Of a stretch of 64,000 nt of DNA, positions 25,280 through 39,000 are shown piece by piece. The stretch spans positions 23,954,015-24,018,014 of the forward strand of contig OZ316893.1 of the NCBI GenBank assembly GCA_973895155.1, given 5' to 3'. Each line of letters starts with the position of its first letter. Positions within the stretch are counted from its first letter, which is position 1. A program made the translations under genes and the position numbers. The notes under the pieces are model-generated. The model had not been told where the DNA came from. It made no database searches and saw only the letters and a list, made by a program, of their open reading frames with translations. This stretch comes from Marsupella aquatica (Eukaryota; Plantae; Marchantiophyta).

Positions 25280-28200
25280 ATGGTGGAGGTCCATGTAAGC
25301 AACATACCATTCTCGTCAACTGAGAGTGATGTCACGACACTACTGGAGACTTGGTTTGAGAGAGGTTCCATCATATCTTGTGACTTGAAACGAGATGCCC
25401 TAACATTGCAGCACAAGGGGTATGGGTTTGTGACATTTTCGGACCAAGAAAAAGCAGAAATTCTGCTTTGCTTGGCCAGAGAAGATGATCATGAGTTCGT
25501 GCTTCAGAATCGTCCGTTAAAATTCGAACTATCAAACCGTGGATCGAGTTCCAAAAGCAAGGATAATGGTAAACAAGTCGAAGCTGGTCGATTATCTATT
25601 GGAATATTTGATCGCTTTGATCTCACGGCCCTCTGGCAATCAGATGATGATGTGAAGTTGGAGTACGACCTGCCAAACCGGAAGTTCGCTTTACTTGTTG
25701 ACGTTGAGAGAGATTCAAGACTGAGACATTACAAACTGGAATTCCACTACAAACATATTTTTGACATATATTCAGCCTTGACAACTGTGAACGAGGGTGT
25801 TGGGATGCTGCTTGAGGTTTGGGCCTGAACCTACTCAATATGGTTATTTCCACTCTTTCTTCCGGATATCATAGTGCAGTGCTTCCACAGACTATTTTCT
25901 CCAATCCTTCCCCCGTCATTTTTGTAATGTTCTTGGATTTGAGTGAATTTATTAGTTATTGGAGAATTTTACATGAGCTTTCTGAAATTGCTGCTTCGAA
26001 ATAATTGTCCTTTCCGCTTTCGAGGGAATGAATCGATGGTGAACCACATGTTGCAACCGTTGGCTGAAATCAATTATTGTGCTGTGTAGCTTCTAAACCC
26101 ACCTCTAGTTTACAAGCGGATGGATGAAACCGATATCTGGCACCAAGAAGATCCACATCTTTCTGAAATAACTGATGTCATGCTGCTCTTGAGTAGCCTC
26201 TCCAATTCTGAGAACCAAGGGCGGTGGGTTCGGACCGTTGATTTCACACGTTGTTGCGGCATCGGACATTCTCTTGCATACCTGCTTGAGTTCCCCTTCT
26301 GGAACGACAAAGCCCTTGCTGACGTATTGAAGGAATTGAGCAGGGGCCTAAAGATCCCTGCAAGACCTGTACGAGTGACGGTGAAGGCATCAAGGTCTAC
26401 CTTGCCAGCACTAATGCTTGTGCCGATACTTACTTTTCCACATACTCACTTGATATCTTTCAAGCTTTTATTCAAGCTGAATCATCTTGTACAAGTTGGG
26501 AGTTTACTTAGATATCACTTAAGTGATGAATTTTGCAAACTTCTATCACAAACACCTACAGAGCAGTCACTCTGGGTGATGCAGGAAGTTCTGTACTCAG
26601 AAAGGACAGTACACAATCCTCTGAGGTGGTTTAAGGAAGCTTTGAAAAGATTTGACAATGCAGCACAGGGATTTCCAAGCTCATCTTTGATCAGCCTCGA
26701 AGAAGGCCTTATTTGGGTCTATCGCCTTCTCATAACTCCTACAAAAGTTTACTGCATGGGCCCTGAAGTTGAAATATCAAATCGTGTTACAAGGGAATAC
26801 AAGAATGTGCTCGATAACTTTCTTCGTGTCTCATTTGTCGATGAGGACTGGGAGACTCTCCCACCGGCTGCAGTTTGTCTCACTAATTCAGAGAGGACTT
26901 TAGCAGGCTTTCAGGTTGGTAGGTCTGACATCCACGATAGAATTCTGAAAGTCTTGACAGACGGGTTTTCAATCGGTGGAAAGCAGTATGAGTTTCTTGC
27001 TTTCTCTTCAAGCCAGCTTAGAGAACAATCCGTCTGGATGTTTGCCTCTGAGGATCCAGTGACCGCTGCAAGCATAAGGTCCTGGATGGGAGACTTCTTG
27101 GAGATAAGAAACGTTGCCAAGTGTGCAGCAAGAATGGGACAATGTTTTTCATCATCGACAAAGACTCTCGCTGTTTCCCCCCATGAGGTGGAGCATCTTA
27201 GTGATATTACACTGCAGGTTGGGCCTGATAAATATTGTTTTTCCGATGGTATTGGGCAAATATCTCAGTCATTTGCTAGTGTGGTTGCAGCAAGATGTGG
27301 CTGCAGAAAGACATTTGGCAGATCGCCTTCAGCGTTCCAGATTCGTTATGGTGGATATAAGGGAGTTGTTGCTGTCAATCCTAGGTCTCAGTACAAGCTG
27401 TCGTTAAGGCCAAGCATGAAAAAGTTTGAATCAACTCACAACTACCTTGAGGTCATTGGTTGGACAAAGCCATTGCCATGCTATCTGAATCGGCAAATAA
27501 TCACATTGCTATCCACTCTTAGGGTACAAGATTCTGTCTTTGAGGAGATGCAACAAACCATGGTGTCAAAGCTTAATGGACTTCTGGAGAACATCGGCAC
27601 CGCAATGGAGGTGTTACAGGCTACTGGTACCGGTCCGTCTCATGCTGTGACTCTGGAAATGCTAAAATCAGGATATCACCCTGATTCGGAGCCTTATTTG
27701 CTGGGATTACTAAAATCTTTTCGGGCGTCTCAGCTGGCACGCGTTCGGTCCAAATCGAGGATACTCGTACCAAAGGGGAGATGCTTGATGGGTTGTCTGG
27801 ATGAAACTGCCCTGCTAGCCTACGGGGAAGTCTTTCTGCAAGTATCTTCCAATCTTGGACGAAAAAGCTTTGTGGACGATGGATTAGACGGTTTCAGGAG
27901 TTTGAATGACATCGACAATGGTAGTTATGTGGTGATAGGTCCAGTTGTGGTTGCCAAAAATCCTTGCCTCCACCCTGGTGACATCCGTGTGTTGAGAGCA
28001 GTGAATATTCCGCAGTTGGGTCACATGGTTGACTGTGTTGTTTTCCCTCAGCGTGGTCCCAGGTGAGAAACAACTGCTGTCTCGTTAGGCATACAATGAA
28101 TTTACTAGATTTCGTATGATTTGAGTTGAAGTGAGCATCCCAGTCATATGCAAACTTTCAGAAGCACAGGTCACTTCGTAGGAAAGACCAGTGGTTCTCT

Positions 28201-29823
28201 GCTTGTACAGTCGATCCTTCTCGTGTTTGGGGAACTTCTTGTTGGCTTTTCCAACGAAGCATGAAGCTCCCTTTGTTATGCATAGGGGTGGAAGAAACAT
28301 CTGGACAGGAACTCTTAGCCAGACAAAATTGTTAGTTTAGTAAAAAATCTCCTTTCGATTACTTTTTGAAGGTTTTCTTTGTAGGATGAAAACACTACTA
28401 AAACCAAAGTCCATCAAAATTGTCTGAAAGGAATTTTGTTGGAACTAAAAACCTCGTGACACTCGTGGCTTGAAAGTTATGTCGAACGCATTCACCGAAC
28501 TTTAGAGATCTGTATTTCAATTACGTGCTTGGATTGCAGGCCTCATCCAAATGAATGCTCTGGAAGCGATCTGGATGGGGATCTCTACTTCGTGACCTGG
28601 GATCCATTGTTAATTCCACCAACAACAGATGTGCCCATGAGCTATACACCAGCAAGGACCCAAGAACTTAATCGGAATGTCACTACTAAGGTCTGTTCCA
28701 CAACCTAGTGTTTCGCAATGCAGTTCAATGGAACTGCATTGCTGTGACTGGTTTAATCATGGATTCATAATCTAGGAAGCTTACTTGCAAACTTGAATGT
28801 ACACGAACACAGTTTCTAGGATAAGGCTAGTTTTCTCAGTAGCTTGATGAGCACATAAAACTGTTTTTCTCAATAGATGGAAGAGAAAGTTTTCCTAGCT
28901 CGAGGCAAGGAAACCACAAACATTTGTTTCGTAGGTGTCGAAGACTTACGGTAGGGCTGTGATTGCTTCTGATATTGACAAAGAAGGTGGTTTTTCAGGA
29001 CATCCAAGAATTCTTCATCCAGTATATGATCAACGACTCCTTGGGAATCATCGCCAATGCTCATACTGCCCTTGCCGACAGTAGTGAAGATATGGCTCGT
29101 GATCCAAAATGTCTCGAACTTGCACGATTATTCTCAGTAGCTGTCGACTTCCCGAAGACGGGAGAGGCAGCTGTGATTCCCCGTGAATTACGGCCGCAAA
29201 TGTATCCTGATTTCATGGGAAAGGTGAGGTACATGACCTACGAATCTGAGAAGATACTGGGAAAGCTTTACCGCTCTCTCTCCCCTCTCATGCACGCATC
29301 TAATACCAACTTCACAAAGGCAGAAATTGGGGGCTTTTTTGACGAGGACCTGATACTGGAGGGAAACAGCTTCAGAGAATATTTAGATGCAGCGTGGAAG
29401 CTAAAAATGTGCTATGACATGAAGCTTTTAAGTTTAATGGACCAATACGATATCAAGACTGAGATGGAGGCAATCAGTGGGAACTTTTCAAGTCCATCGA
29501 AGTACTTCATGAGGCGCCAATCAGAGGTGAAGGATAGGATACGCATGGCAGTCAACTCTTTGCAGAAGGAGGCAAGAAGCTGGTTCAAAAGTGGATATCA
29601 TTCTCCCGAGGGTTATGAGATAGATGAAAGCATAGAACTGACTGAATGGGAGAAACTGGCCAAAGCATCAGCTTGGTATTACGTCACTTATCATCCAGAC
29701 TATGTGTCCAGGGAAGGAATTGCCAAAGGCAAACACAAGAATCTTACACTGATTAGCTTTCCCTGGGCAGTTCATGAGACACTTTTAGCTATTAAGAAAT
29801 CCAGGTCAGAAGCTCGTAGTTGA
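25280..29823 (+). CDS. RDR1/RDR2-like: RNA-dependent RNA polymerase, RDR-alpha clade, RDR1/RDR2-like; exons 25280-25816, 26090-28062, 28540-28690, 28999-29823 (1161 aa)
   Basis: N-terminal RRM (VHVSNI, KGYGFVTF); motifs AARMGQCFS, FSDGIG, QIRYGGYKG, KNPCLHPGD, catalytic CSGSDLDGD (28568-28582), AVDFPKTG, KASAWYYVTYHP; all introns GT-AG and phase-consistent. Confidence 0.95.
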
Positions 29824-31381
29824 TCTAGTCAACAGAAGCCACGTAACTTGGTAAAATCACCTTGTTCATTTAGCGATGGCCAACTTTCTGGTACCGATGG
29901 AAAGCCTATCGAAAGAGCTTTGTAATGGTACCTAATTATTTCCAATAGAGCTGTGTAGGCCGAGAAATGCCCGGTCAAAGTTTAGGCTGCCATGGCTTGG
30001 AACAAAATCTGTATCGAGCCGGTTTGAAAAGGACAGGAAGTGGGGCATGGGAGGGGAATAGTCCCCCGAGTTGGGGTTACATGACTCGAAATTTATACAC
30101 AGAAGGTTACGACATGGACGGGTTGTAATTGGGACTGGAATGGCAAAATAGAATTGAGAGCTGGTGACAGAAAATGGGAGCAATGGAGGAGAAATAACCA
30201 AACATCTCCCCTGAACCGACTACGTCCTCCACTCTGACATGTCAGCGGCCTGGCACGAGCTATGCTGATAGCACATGGATCACAGAGCTTTGTAAATAGA
30301 GCGGTAAGCAGATCATTGGAGGAAAACCCATCTTTCAGAGAGATTTGTAAATAGTGTTGATAGGCAGCCAGCCCGCAGCCAGCTCATCCTGAGCTCCATT
30401 TCACAATGTGTGTCTCTGCTTTTATGCTCGTAATGAGACGAATTTTGGGATCGTGTGTCTCGGGTTTATTGCAGAATTTCCGCCGTGGCTCTAGTGATGG
30501 AGAAAAATGTTCTGATCATTTCCTCTGGGTTTGTTGATTCGACTGTTAGTTTGGAAAAATCGTCAAGGAGGTAACGTTGTATTGATGAAACTCGCAACAG
30601 AAATCTCTGTGGTCGCTCGGCTGATACTTTCCCGTCTTATCGTTGGAATGAAATTCTGAGGGAGCAAGAGCTTTTTGCCAAGTTCAATTGGAAGATTTCT
30701 TGTCATGTTGTTGCTCTATCTTGTTGTTACTTAGTTCGGCGATACAGTCCGCCAAACGCTGAATACTGTGGTTTCATCCCTCCACATGGAAACGGATTGT
30801 GCAAGCCTGGTGCCATCCATTCCCTGATTGGTTGCTTATCAAGAGTCAATTCTGCACGGCAGTATGATCTAGAGTAACGTATTTGATGATGAGAAACAGC
30901 CTTTACCATGTCCACCATTCCTTTTCTTCTCAGGTTCACAGTTCTTGCCATCCCGCAGGCCATCCTCCTTTGACATGCACGGACCAGGTTCTGGACAAAC
31001 GGAATTAAATGCGACAAACGGTCTCATAAATCACCAAATTCTCAATACGAATTGGGATCTTCCTCTCTAGGATACCATTCTACACACCTCTTGCTGGTCC
31101 AATCCATTTATCTCAAGGCGCTCACATGCTTTGGATCTGAAGGAGTGTCTCCGCTCTCACTGCAAAGTTCACTGTGTGGAAAAGTACCAACAGCGCAAAG
31201 TGAAGTTAGAGGAAGACGAAATCTTGCAAGGAAAAGTAAAATTTCACCTGATTTCATTTCATGTACCAGCTTTGGCCGTATGACTGTAGAAGACAGTCAA
31301 TTTGTAAATTGAAGCCTTTGCAACAATGGAGCAGACGCCCAAATCAAGGAGGGAGTAATAATTGAACTAAAACGTAAGACT

Positions 31382-32889
31382 TTAAAACAGGCATAACCGT
31401 TCCTCCGCTGAATTTCTTCTCCTGCATAGCATGGACAGAAGAGAAGAGAAGAGAAGAGAAGAGAAGAGAAGAGAAGAGAAGAGAAGAGCTGGAAGGAATA
31501 ATGTGCAGATTTCGCATGGGAAGGGATATGGTCAAGTTAGAAAGCCGGCAAGGATCAGAGGATGTGGATCACAAATGAACGAAAGAAAAGCCTCGGTGAA
31601 AGGGGTTACACTGATCGGAGCAGGTTGAATACATTAGACATGAAGAGAACTAGATGCAACGATTTCAGGCATTCAAACCCCATCTTCCTCTTCAAACTCT
31701 TTTTTGCGTTAGTTACCACGTTTGGGTAGCTCAGAAGCAAAAGTTTTCTGAATGTGTTGAATTGTTTGTTGCATCTTTATGGGACTACCAAATAGTGTTA
31801 TTGAAGAGTGTTCAGCGCACATCCCTGTAATGGGCTTGACAGTTGGGATACCGCAAATTCAGCCGATTCAGAGGATCGCTCTGAGGAATGCTATTCAACT
31901 CACTCGAACAAACAGGCGGTAACCGGTCGCTACCTGAGGTGGAAGGTTGGCTTGGCTTATCAGAGGGTAGTTCAGAATCCACGACGAGCAATTCAGGAGT
32001 GGCTGACCTGAACAGATTCTGTGGTAGGAGCATCTTCAGAACATATGGAAGGTGCTCTGCTGGAAACTGGTGCTGTCCATTGAAAGAATATAATGCTCGC
32101 CAGGTCATCTGCTAGATATGAGATGCTGGTAGGGGGAACATACTGAGTTGATTGTCTGTGGAGAAGAGTTTACCAGCGAGTTTTAGATCCTAGTGGGAAT
32201 CAGTTTGCTTCAGTGAAGGAGTAGTTTGGAGAACTTAACAATTTGGAAGTAAAAGTTTGTATCCTGGGCGGGAAGGCATTTCTGACGAATTGGCGGGTCA
32301 ATGAAACAGACTCGAATTGGAGGCTACTTGTCAGCATAATTGTGATTAATCAATCGGCGAGGACCGGACAATGGCGGATCTAAAGATAGGATCTTGTCTT
32401 GCTTTGAAAATGCTCCTGGCTGCCTGCGAAGAGCTTCATCGAAATGTAACGATCTAGCCAGAGGATAACGAAGATTGCTCCACAACACAGTGGCAGAATG
32501 TGACGGAGGCTCTACAGATGTTCGTAGTGCACACATATTTTTAGTGCAAAGACTACAATCCTCTAGTGTGATGGGTTGATTTCTTGGGACAACGGAAAAA
32601 TGGAATCCTAGAGATTGAAATGAATGATCGCCGGAGCCTGAGATGCAGTAGCATTATGATACATTTTCGGGAGTCAATTTGGATTTCTTCTTGCAATTCA
32701 TGAAGAAGTATTTGTTGACAGAAATGCAACAGGAATGCGTGTGCCACCGACGAAACGGGATGTGAGCGACGCTTTAGGCAGCATTAACCAGTTATCAGTT
32801 ATCCTCGCTAATGACTGGTGCGGCCAATCACCAACAGTACTTGTTGGAATTGCGCTGGGAGTTGCGATCATGATGACCTTTCTAACCAT
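31382..32889 (-). CDS. Putative small spliced gene of unknown function; exons 32889-32832, 32511-32328, 32007-31852, 31421-31382 (145 aa); may be a truncated relic of a longer gene
   Basis: Four phase-consistent GT-AG exons; a (TCTTC)n pyrimidine tract precedes the last acceptor; no recognisable domain. Confidence 0.4.
31437..31488. repeat. (AGAAG)n pentanucleotide microsatellite
   Basis: About 10 perfect units. Confidence 0.95.
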
Positions 32890-33076
32890 GACATCCCGGC
32901 AAGTGCCTGAAGCTGATCGACATCATTAACCAGAGACAATTTTGCTAAATGACCGATTGAGATGCTCACAGTCTACGTCACAAGCACCTCACACAACCTG
33001 TGGACAATGTTGTGAATTGCCTGGTGCATCAAAGCGGTGGGGTTCACGATCAGCGTATCAGCAGCGTCAGGGAGCC

Positions 33077-36000
33077 ATGGACGGACCGGCAAGTCGACCA
33101 TTCACTACGGTTGGCGTCGTTAAGGGCAGCCTTCCAACCTCGCCCACCGTAAGTTCCATCCCTGCTTCTCCCTGTAAAGCCGCCCGGAGAAAAGTTTAAT
33201 TCCAATGTGTCTCTTTATCATGTCGGCGCGTCCGAAAGGGGCGGCGCTCTCAAACTCCCTTGAGAGCAAGGTCCAGGCTAGAAAGGAAATCAGGAGAGAT
33301 CCTGAGTGTGCCTAGAGCTCTATCCGTTTCTGGTCCATCGCCTCATCTCCATATCCTGGAGCTCTTCGTGTTGAACCAAACAGATTCCTTTTGATCATCA
33401 GATTTGAGAATTTCAGCAAGAGGTGATGACACTGGCTAGGGGAAACACGTTTTGTAGGAAGCATGCCTTTGAACTGTAAACAATGGTCATGATTTACACT
33501 ATCTTGAGCTCGGTTTACTCGTTCTTGATGCTCTTGTTGCTCAACATTTTGAACTTGAAAACAGTATAGCAAGCAAGCTTGGCCGACTTTGAAGAAAAAA
33601 ACAGGGGCAGAATCAAACCCCGCCCCATATATGGCGTAAGATTCTTTACTATGGAGAACTTTAGGGGTTCTGATATTGTTTCATAAAGTGAACTTTTCAG
33701 AGTCAATTTGGTACCTCTGCCTCTTAACATCCACAAGTTCAATCTTTGTGTGTCAGCCTGTTTCAGCATTTGTGATTCTTCTATTATTACTGTTTGACTC
33801 TTTGACAATGAGAGTTAGGTCCTGGTTAAAATCATAGGTGCAAGAAGAGAGATTCCAATGCAGACAGAAAAAGTACGAAACGATCTCTGCTCAAGCAATC
33901 CTTCCTAATTTTCTTGCTAATAGAATTTATCAAGCATGGGCAGTTGAGGTTCGACCTAGCAGCTCTTCTGTTGATGTTGGACAGGTATGCTACGCCAAGT
34001 TCAGGGGCAGTTGACCTCTGGAAGAAGTTAGCAAGGAAGGCTGAGTTGGAATTGAACCTTGAGGTAGACTGCCATCGTGCAGACAATGCAAAGAACAATG
34101 CAACCATTCATCGAATCAGCCGAAGGTTCGACCTAGCTTCTGCAACAGAGCAGTCACCCCCATAATACGTTTAGTCTGTGGCAGGCTAGCAAGTTTGAAG
34201 GGGCATTGGGTGAGAAGGGATGGTAAAAACATTAAATGTGTGTGTGTTTTTTATCGAGAAAACTAATGAAGCATCACAAGATATCCACACAGAAGGGATT
34301 GTCAACTGGTGATTCTGATTTTTTAATATTCTTTAAAATCATTGCAACTGGCAGTACGATTCTCCAGTTTCATGCCAGTCTTGCTAGGTATGCATGGCAC
34401 TGAACTTTAAGCTAAAACCAGGTTGATACCCTTGGAGAAAGCGTATGGAAAGGCAAAGGAGGCTCTAAGACATCAGGAGAAAATTATCAGCTTTCTGAAG
34501 GGTCAGCTGATGGCAGCCGATGAGGTTAGTTGATTACACTTCTACTCTAACAAACTAACAGTGTGAATGAATGTATCGATAAAGGATCTAACTAGGCCGC
34601 AATATAGTACTGTGTGAAGTAGCTGAATATCTCAGAAGATATTCTTGCTGTGCCTTAGTATATTCACCCAAGGGTTTGTAGTCCCTTTCACAAGATGATT
34701 GTGTAACATGTTTGTAATGCGTAGAGAAAAAATCTGGAGATATCATACCTTCGTAGTCAAATCGAAACCTTCCAAAACAAGATGGCAGGAACCGTTCAGA
34801 CGAACGAGCAGAAGGTACAACCTTGAAGTCAGTAACTGAGAGCTTAAAGTCAGGGAAAAGATTCTCAGACACGATCGCTCAAGACGATGGTTTGTTGCGC
34901 TTGCTGATGTTGTGGCTTTTAAAGTAAGGGATAAATTTCGGTTGCTTGATCTGTCATCATATCGTAGAGGATAATGAGTGATCAGCTCTTACCTTGGAAT
35001 CATCGCAGATATTACAGTTGCAGGAGGAGCTGCATCAGGCTAATTCACGAGCAGGGACTTTGCAAGCACAAATTACCGAAATCTACAAGAATGTTGATGA
35101 TGAACCTGACACAATGGATGGTTCTAGTACCAGAGCAGGCAGTCTTGCCAGCCCAAAAGATGGAATGGACGGCAAAAGGGATGTCCAACGACAAAACAAA
35201 CAGAACCTGGGCTTGGGTGCAGTTGCAAAGATACACAAGATGCGTTTGTCCAAACAGTACATTGTGAGTAGCTAGAGCGTCCACTTCCATTTACTTTATT
35301 TTGCAACAACGAAAGAGCAACCCTTGGATCTAGACACTGAAGGTTTTCTTTTGTAACCAAGTAATCTCAATGTCATCTATCTGTTGTCCCCAAGCATGCA
35401 GAAAGAAAAACTGAGGGAAAGTGAGGAGGAAATTGTCCTTCTGGTTCAAGAAAATGACCGATTGAGGAAGCTGGCTCAAGATTCTGTTGGGAGAAGTAAT
35501 AAGTTTCTGGATCTTGCACAAACCCTGAAAGCAGATCGCGACCTGACCATGGTAATCTTAACACCAATATCTACATTGCCGTGAATCATGAATGTAATAC
35601 AAATAACGGCTGTGTAGCATGCTTGTACGACAGTTGTGACCATCTGACGAATTACACAAAAAAGTGGGCCCTGTTGTCTGTTGCGAGAGAGTTGAGAGTC
35701 GGTGGTTTGATTTGAGGTAGTCAATCTAACACCGGTTTCTGATCGGAGCTTTGGTACTTCAGCTATTTGAGGATTATCGTCATTTGCTGCTTGATTCTAT
35801 ACCGAGGAGTCATTATGTCTTCAATGTGAGGGTGCAAACCAAAATGGGGATGAGAGTTTTGCCCCACTTACATCAGAAATCAATTACTCAGCTCATTAGT
35901 CGTCTTTTGTAGATCACGGATTTTGATTTCTCTCTGGTTAGTCCCGTGTATTTGCTCGACAAAGGTCTTATATTCACTTCTGATTGAGAGAAGCCTTTGT

Positions 36001-39000
36001 ACATTGTTAGTTGGATGGCCCGATTGGGCTCATGTGGACATGAAATTCACTCAAACCTTTTGTAGATTCTTTTCTAAAGAAGCCGAAGAAGTTCTATATA
36101 TTTGGATTTTCAAGGAAATCATTGCCAAGTAGTCTTCTATTCTCTCTCTAGTATGAATTAAACAGATCCAAAACATTCGAAGCAGAATGTTTCAGTGGGA
36201 AAATGGCTGCCCTTGACCCGGAAACGCTGAGTCTGTGCAGTCTCGACTCCAAGCGACAGAAGATGTTGTGAAGTCCTTGGAAGCTTTGAAAGATTTGGTC
36301 GATTCCTATTTGAAGACCTCCTCTCCCAGGCTTGGGAATTTTCTTCCTGGGCCGCACTTCAATAAACAACAAAAAAGACAAGAACCACCACCAAGCAAAA
36401 AGAAGACAGAGGAGGACTTGCAACTTGAGGCAACCGGCCTTGCAACAATGAAGACAGGGTGTCATGCAAAAAATACTTGTCGTCATGATGAGGTGGGGGC
36501 CGGTGCTCAGAGCATAGGAGAGTCTCTCGTGAAGAAGCTCCAAGATGTATTCCAGATGCTTGCTTACAAGGTTTGGGCAAAATTCTCTCAATCATTTGAA
36601 GTAGAGTTTCATCATGCAAGCTGATCTTTTGCGGACAGTCTCTGAAACGATCACTCTTGTATCTGTAAGAATCAAAACTGAAATGTAGAGAAAAGAGTGC
36701 AAGTCTGCTAAGTTGATGTGGCACCAATTCCTAACTGATGCAGGTCGAGACAGCAAACCAAACTGCTACGAGTGTCAAGAAAGAGGGTGAAAAAATTCGT
36801 CTTACCATGCTAGAGGCTTTTCAAGAACTGAGGGGCCAAAAAGGTTCAAAGTTAAATACCGCAGATGACGTTGCGCTTGGAGTTTTGATAGCTGTTCGGG
36901 ATGTGAAACACACCCTCGAGGTGCGTTAGAGAACAAAACTTAACTAAGTGGATGACTTGAGAAACAGAAACATAACATCGAAGCCTCAACATAGAATTTT
37001 TCGAAGTAATCCTTCCAATCTCTGAACATTCAGACCTCCACACCAACATGCAAATTTAGTGGTCCGCATGTAGTGGGCACCTTCTACATCACTGGACTGA
37101 ATCATCTTATTGCCGAGGATAGTAGGCGCAGAAACGTGTTGGCACTTGGGATTGACACTTGTGCATAGTATAATTTTCTTATTAATTATGAAAGAGAACA
37201 CTGATCAACTTGAACAGTGTATTGATTCATTATTATCTGGTCTTAGCGCCAACTGGACGCAGATGACAAGTATTAACAAGATCACTAAAAACTTAGAAAA
37301 TGCTGCACAATTGAGTTGAGGAAATCTCTAAACGTTATGCATCTGTGAGAGGAAGGAGTAGAAGTGAAACCTTTTAATGAATATGTGAAAAATCATTGGC
37401 GTACGCCTTCAGGAGCTGGAGAAAGAAAATGCTCTCCTGAAAGCTTCAGAATCCGTGGAGGACGACAAGGTTCTACTTTTGGAAAGTCAAGTTCATGAGC
37501 TGAGTATGGACAAATTGGCTCTTCTAGAGTTCCTAGAGTCAGTGAAGAGTACAATAAGAGCAGCAAATGCAGGACAAGGTGTGATCCCATATATGAAGGG
37601 GTTCTTTGATAGACCGGTTGTCAGGGGAGAAAATGTTCATGACGTATTGGCGATGGTTGGAAAGTTAATAAGTGAGAGGAGCGAAGCCAAATCTACGGGT
37701 GGAGGTCTCCTGGAGGAGAAGTTGTTAAAAGAAAAAGAACTCAGTGACCTTAGAAAGTTGTATGCCCAGTCCCAAACGCTCACCACTCATTTACAGGTAG
37801 AGAAGGATCATGTCAAGAAAGAGAGGAATGAGCTGAAAGCAATCTGTGACGACCTCAAGCGACAAAAAGGTTCTTGGGATGCTGAGAAGAAAGGGGAACA
37901 TGAGAAGAAGATGTTAGAATTGAAAAGCCAGATTCATGAAGTGATACTAGACAGGGCTGCGCTTTTGGAAACACTGGACGCCATAAAGAATGCACTAGCA
38001 ACATCCAAAACAGGAAGCGGGGACATGCAGTACATGAAGGGATTCCTGAAAAGGTCCGTCGTTCAAGGTAGAAATGTCTCTGAAGTCGTGGAGATGGTTG
38101 AAGAATTTGTAACGGAGAAGGAGGCAGCCAACCTTAAGGAAAGCAGGCTAAAGGAAGAGAGGGAACTGAAGGAGAGAGAACTTGATGAGACTAAAAAGTT
38201 CCTCGCCGAATCCCAAGGTCAGTATGTGATGTTGGAAGAAGAGAAAAATTCATTGTATATTAAGTTGAGTGAGCTGCAAAGGAGCACTCATGCCCTAAGG
38301 ACAGAAAACGAGTCTATCAATGCCTCTTCAGTAGAAATGGAGAAAAAGCTGTCAGAGCTACGAAGTCAACTTTGTGTCTTGACTCAGGAACGGGATGCTT
38401 GTAGAGAAACGCTGAAGACCCTCAAACACATATTCAGAACTGCTGATTCGTCAGCGGCCACGCAGCACTCTGAGGATTTTCTTCTCGGATCTTCTGAAGG
38501 TGAAAGCGGGTCTGTGTTGGTGGCAATGGCAGAGAAGTTGGTTGAGGAAAGAAATGAAGCTAGATCTGGAGGTAGAATATGTGTGGAACAGTTGGAAATG
38601 AAAGAAACAGAAATCTCCGACCTTAGACATTCATATGCTGAATCCAAAAGCCTAAGTGAAAGACTACAGAATGACAAGGATGAACTAGAGAAGGAGGTGA
38701 AAAAGCTATGTGGTAATTTAAGGACCATAAGACGATCCATATCTGGAGATTGCAGCCTGGAATCAGAAGCTTCTGACAAGAGTCCACTGATTTCAGGAGA
38801 TGTGACTTTCGAAAACATGGTTAATGAGGTTCTAGTCATGAAGGAAAAATTAAATGAGGCAAATTCGGAGCTTGAGCGAGATAGAAGGGTGTTTGAGAGA
38901 ATGTTTCACGAGACGAAGAGTATAGTCTCCGAAGAAGGTCGCCCAGCAAGTGACCGGGAATCAGAGGCTTCAGATCTTATTTCTTCATTGAAAACTCTCC

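Noticed and set aside
20330-32889. Alternative genetic code as the explanation for in-frame stops
   Set aside because: Neighbouring intact genes have no internal stops over more than 3300 codons and end in TGA or TAG normally.
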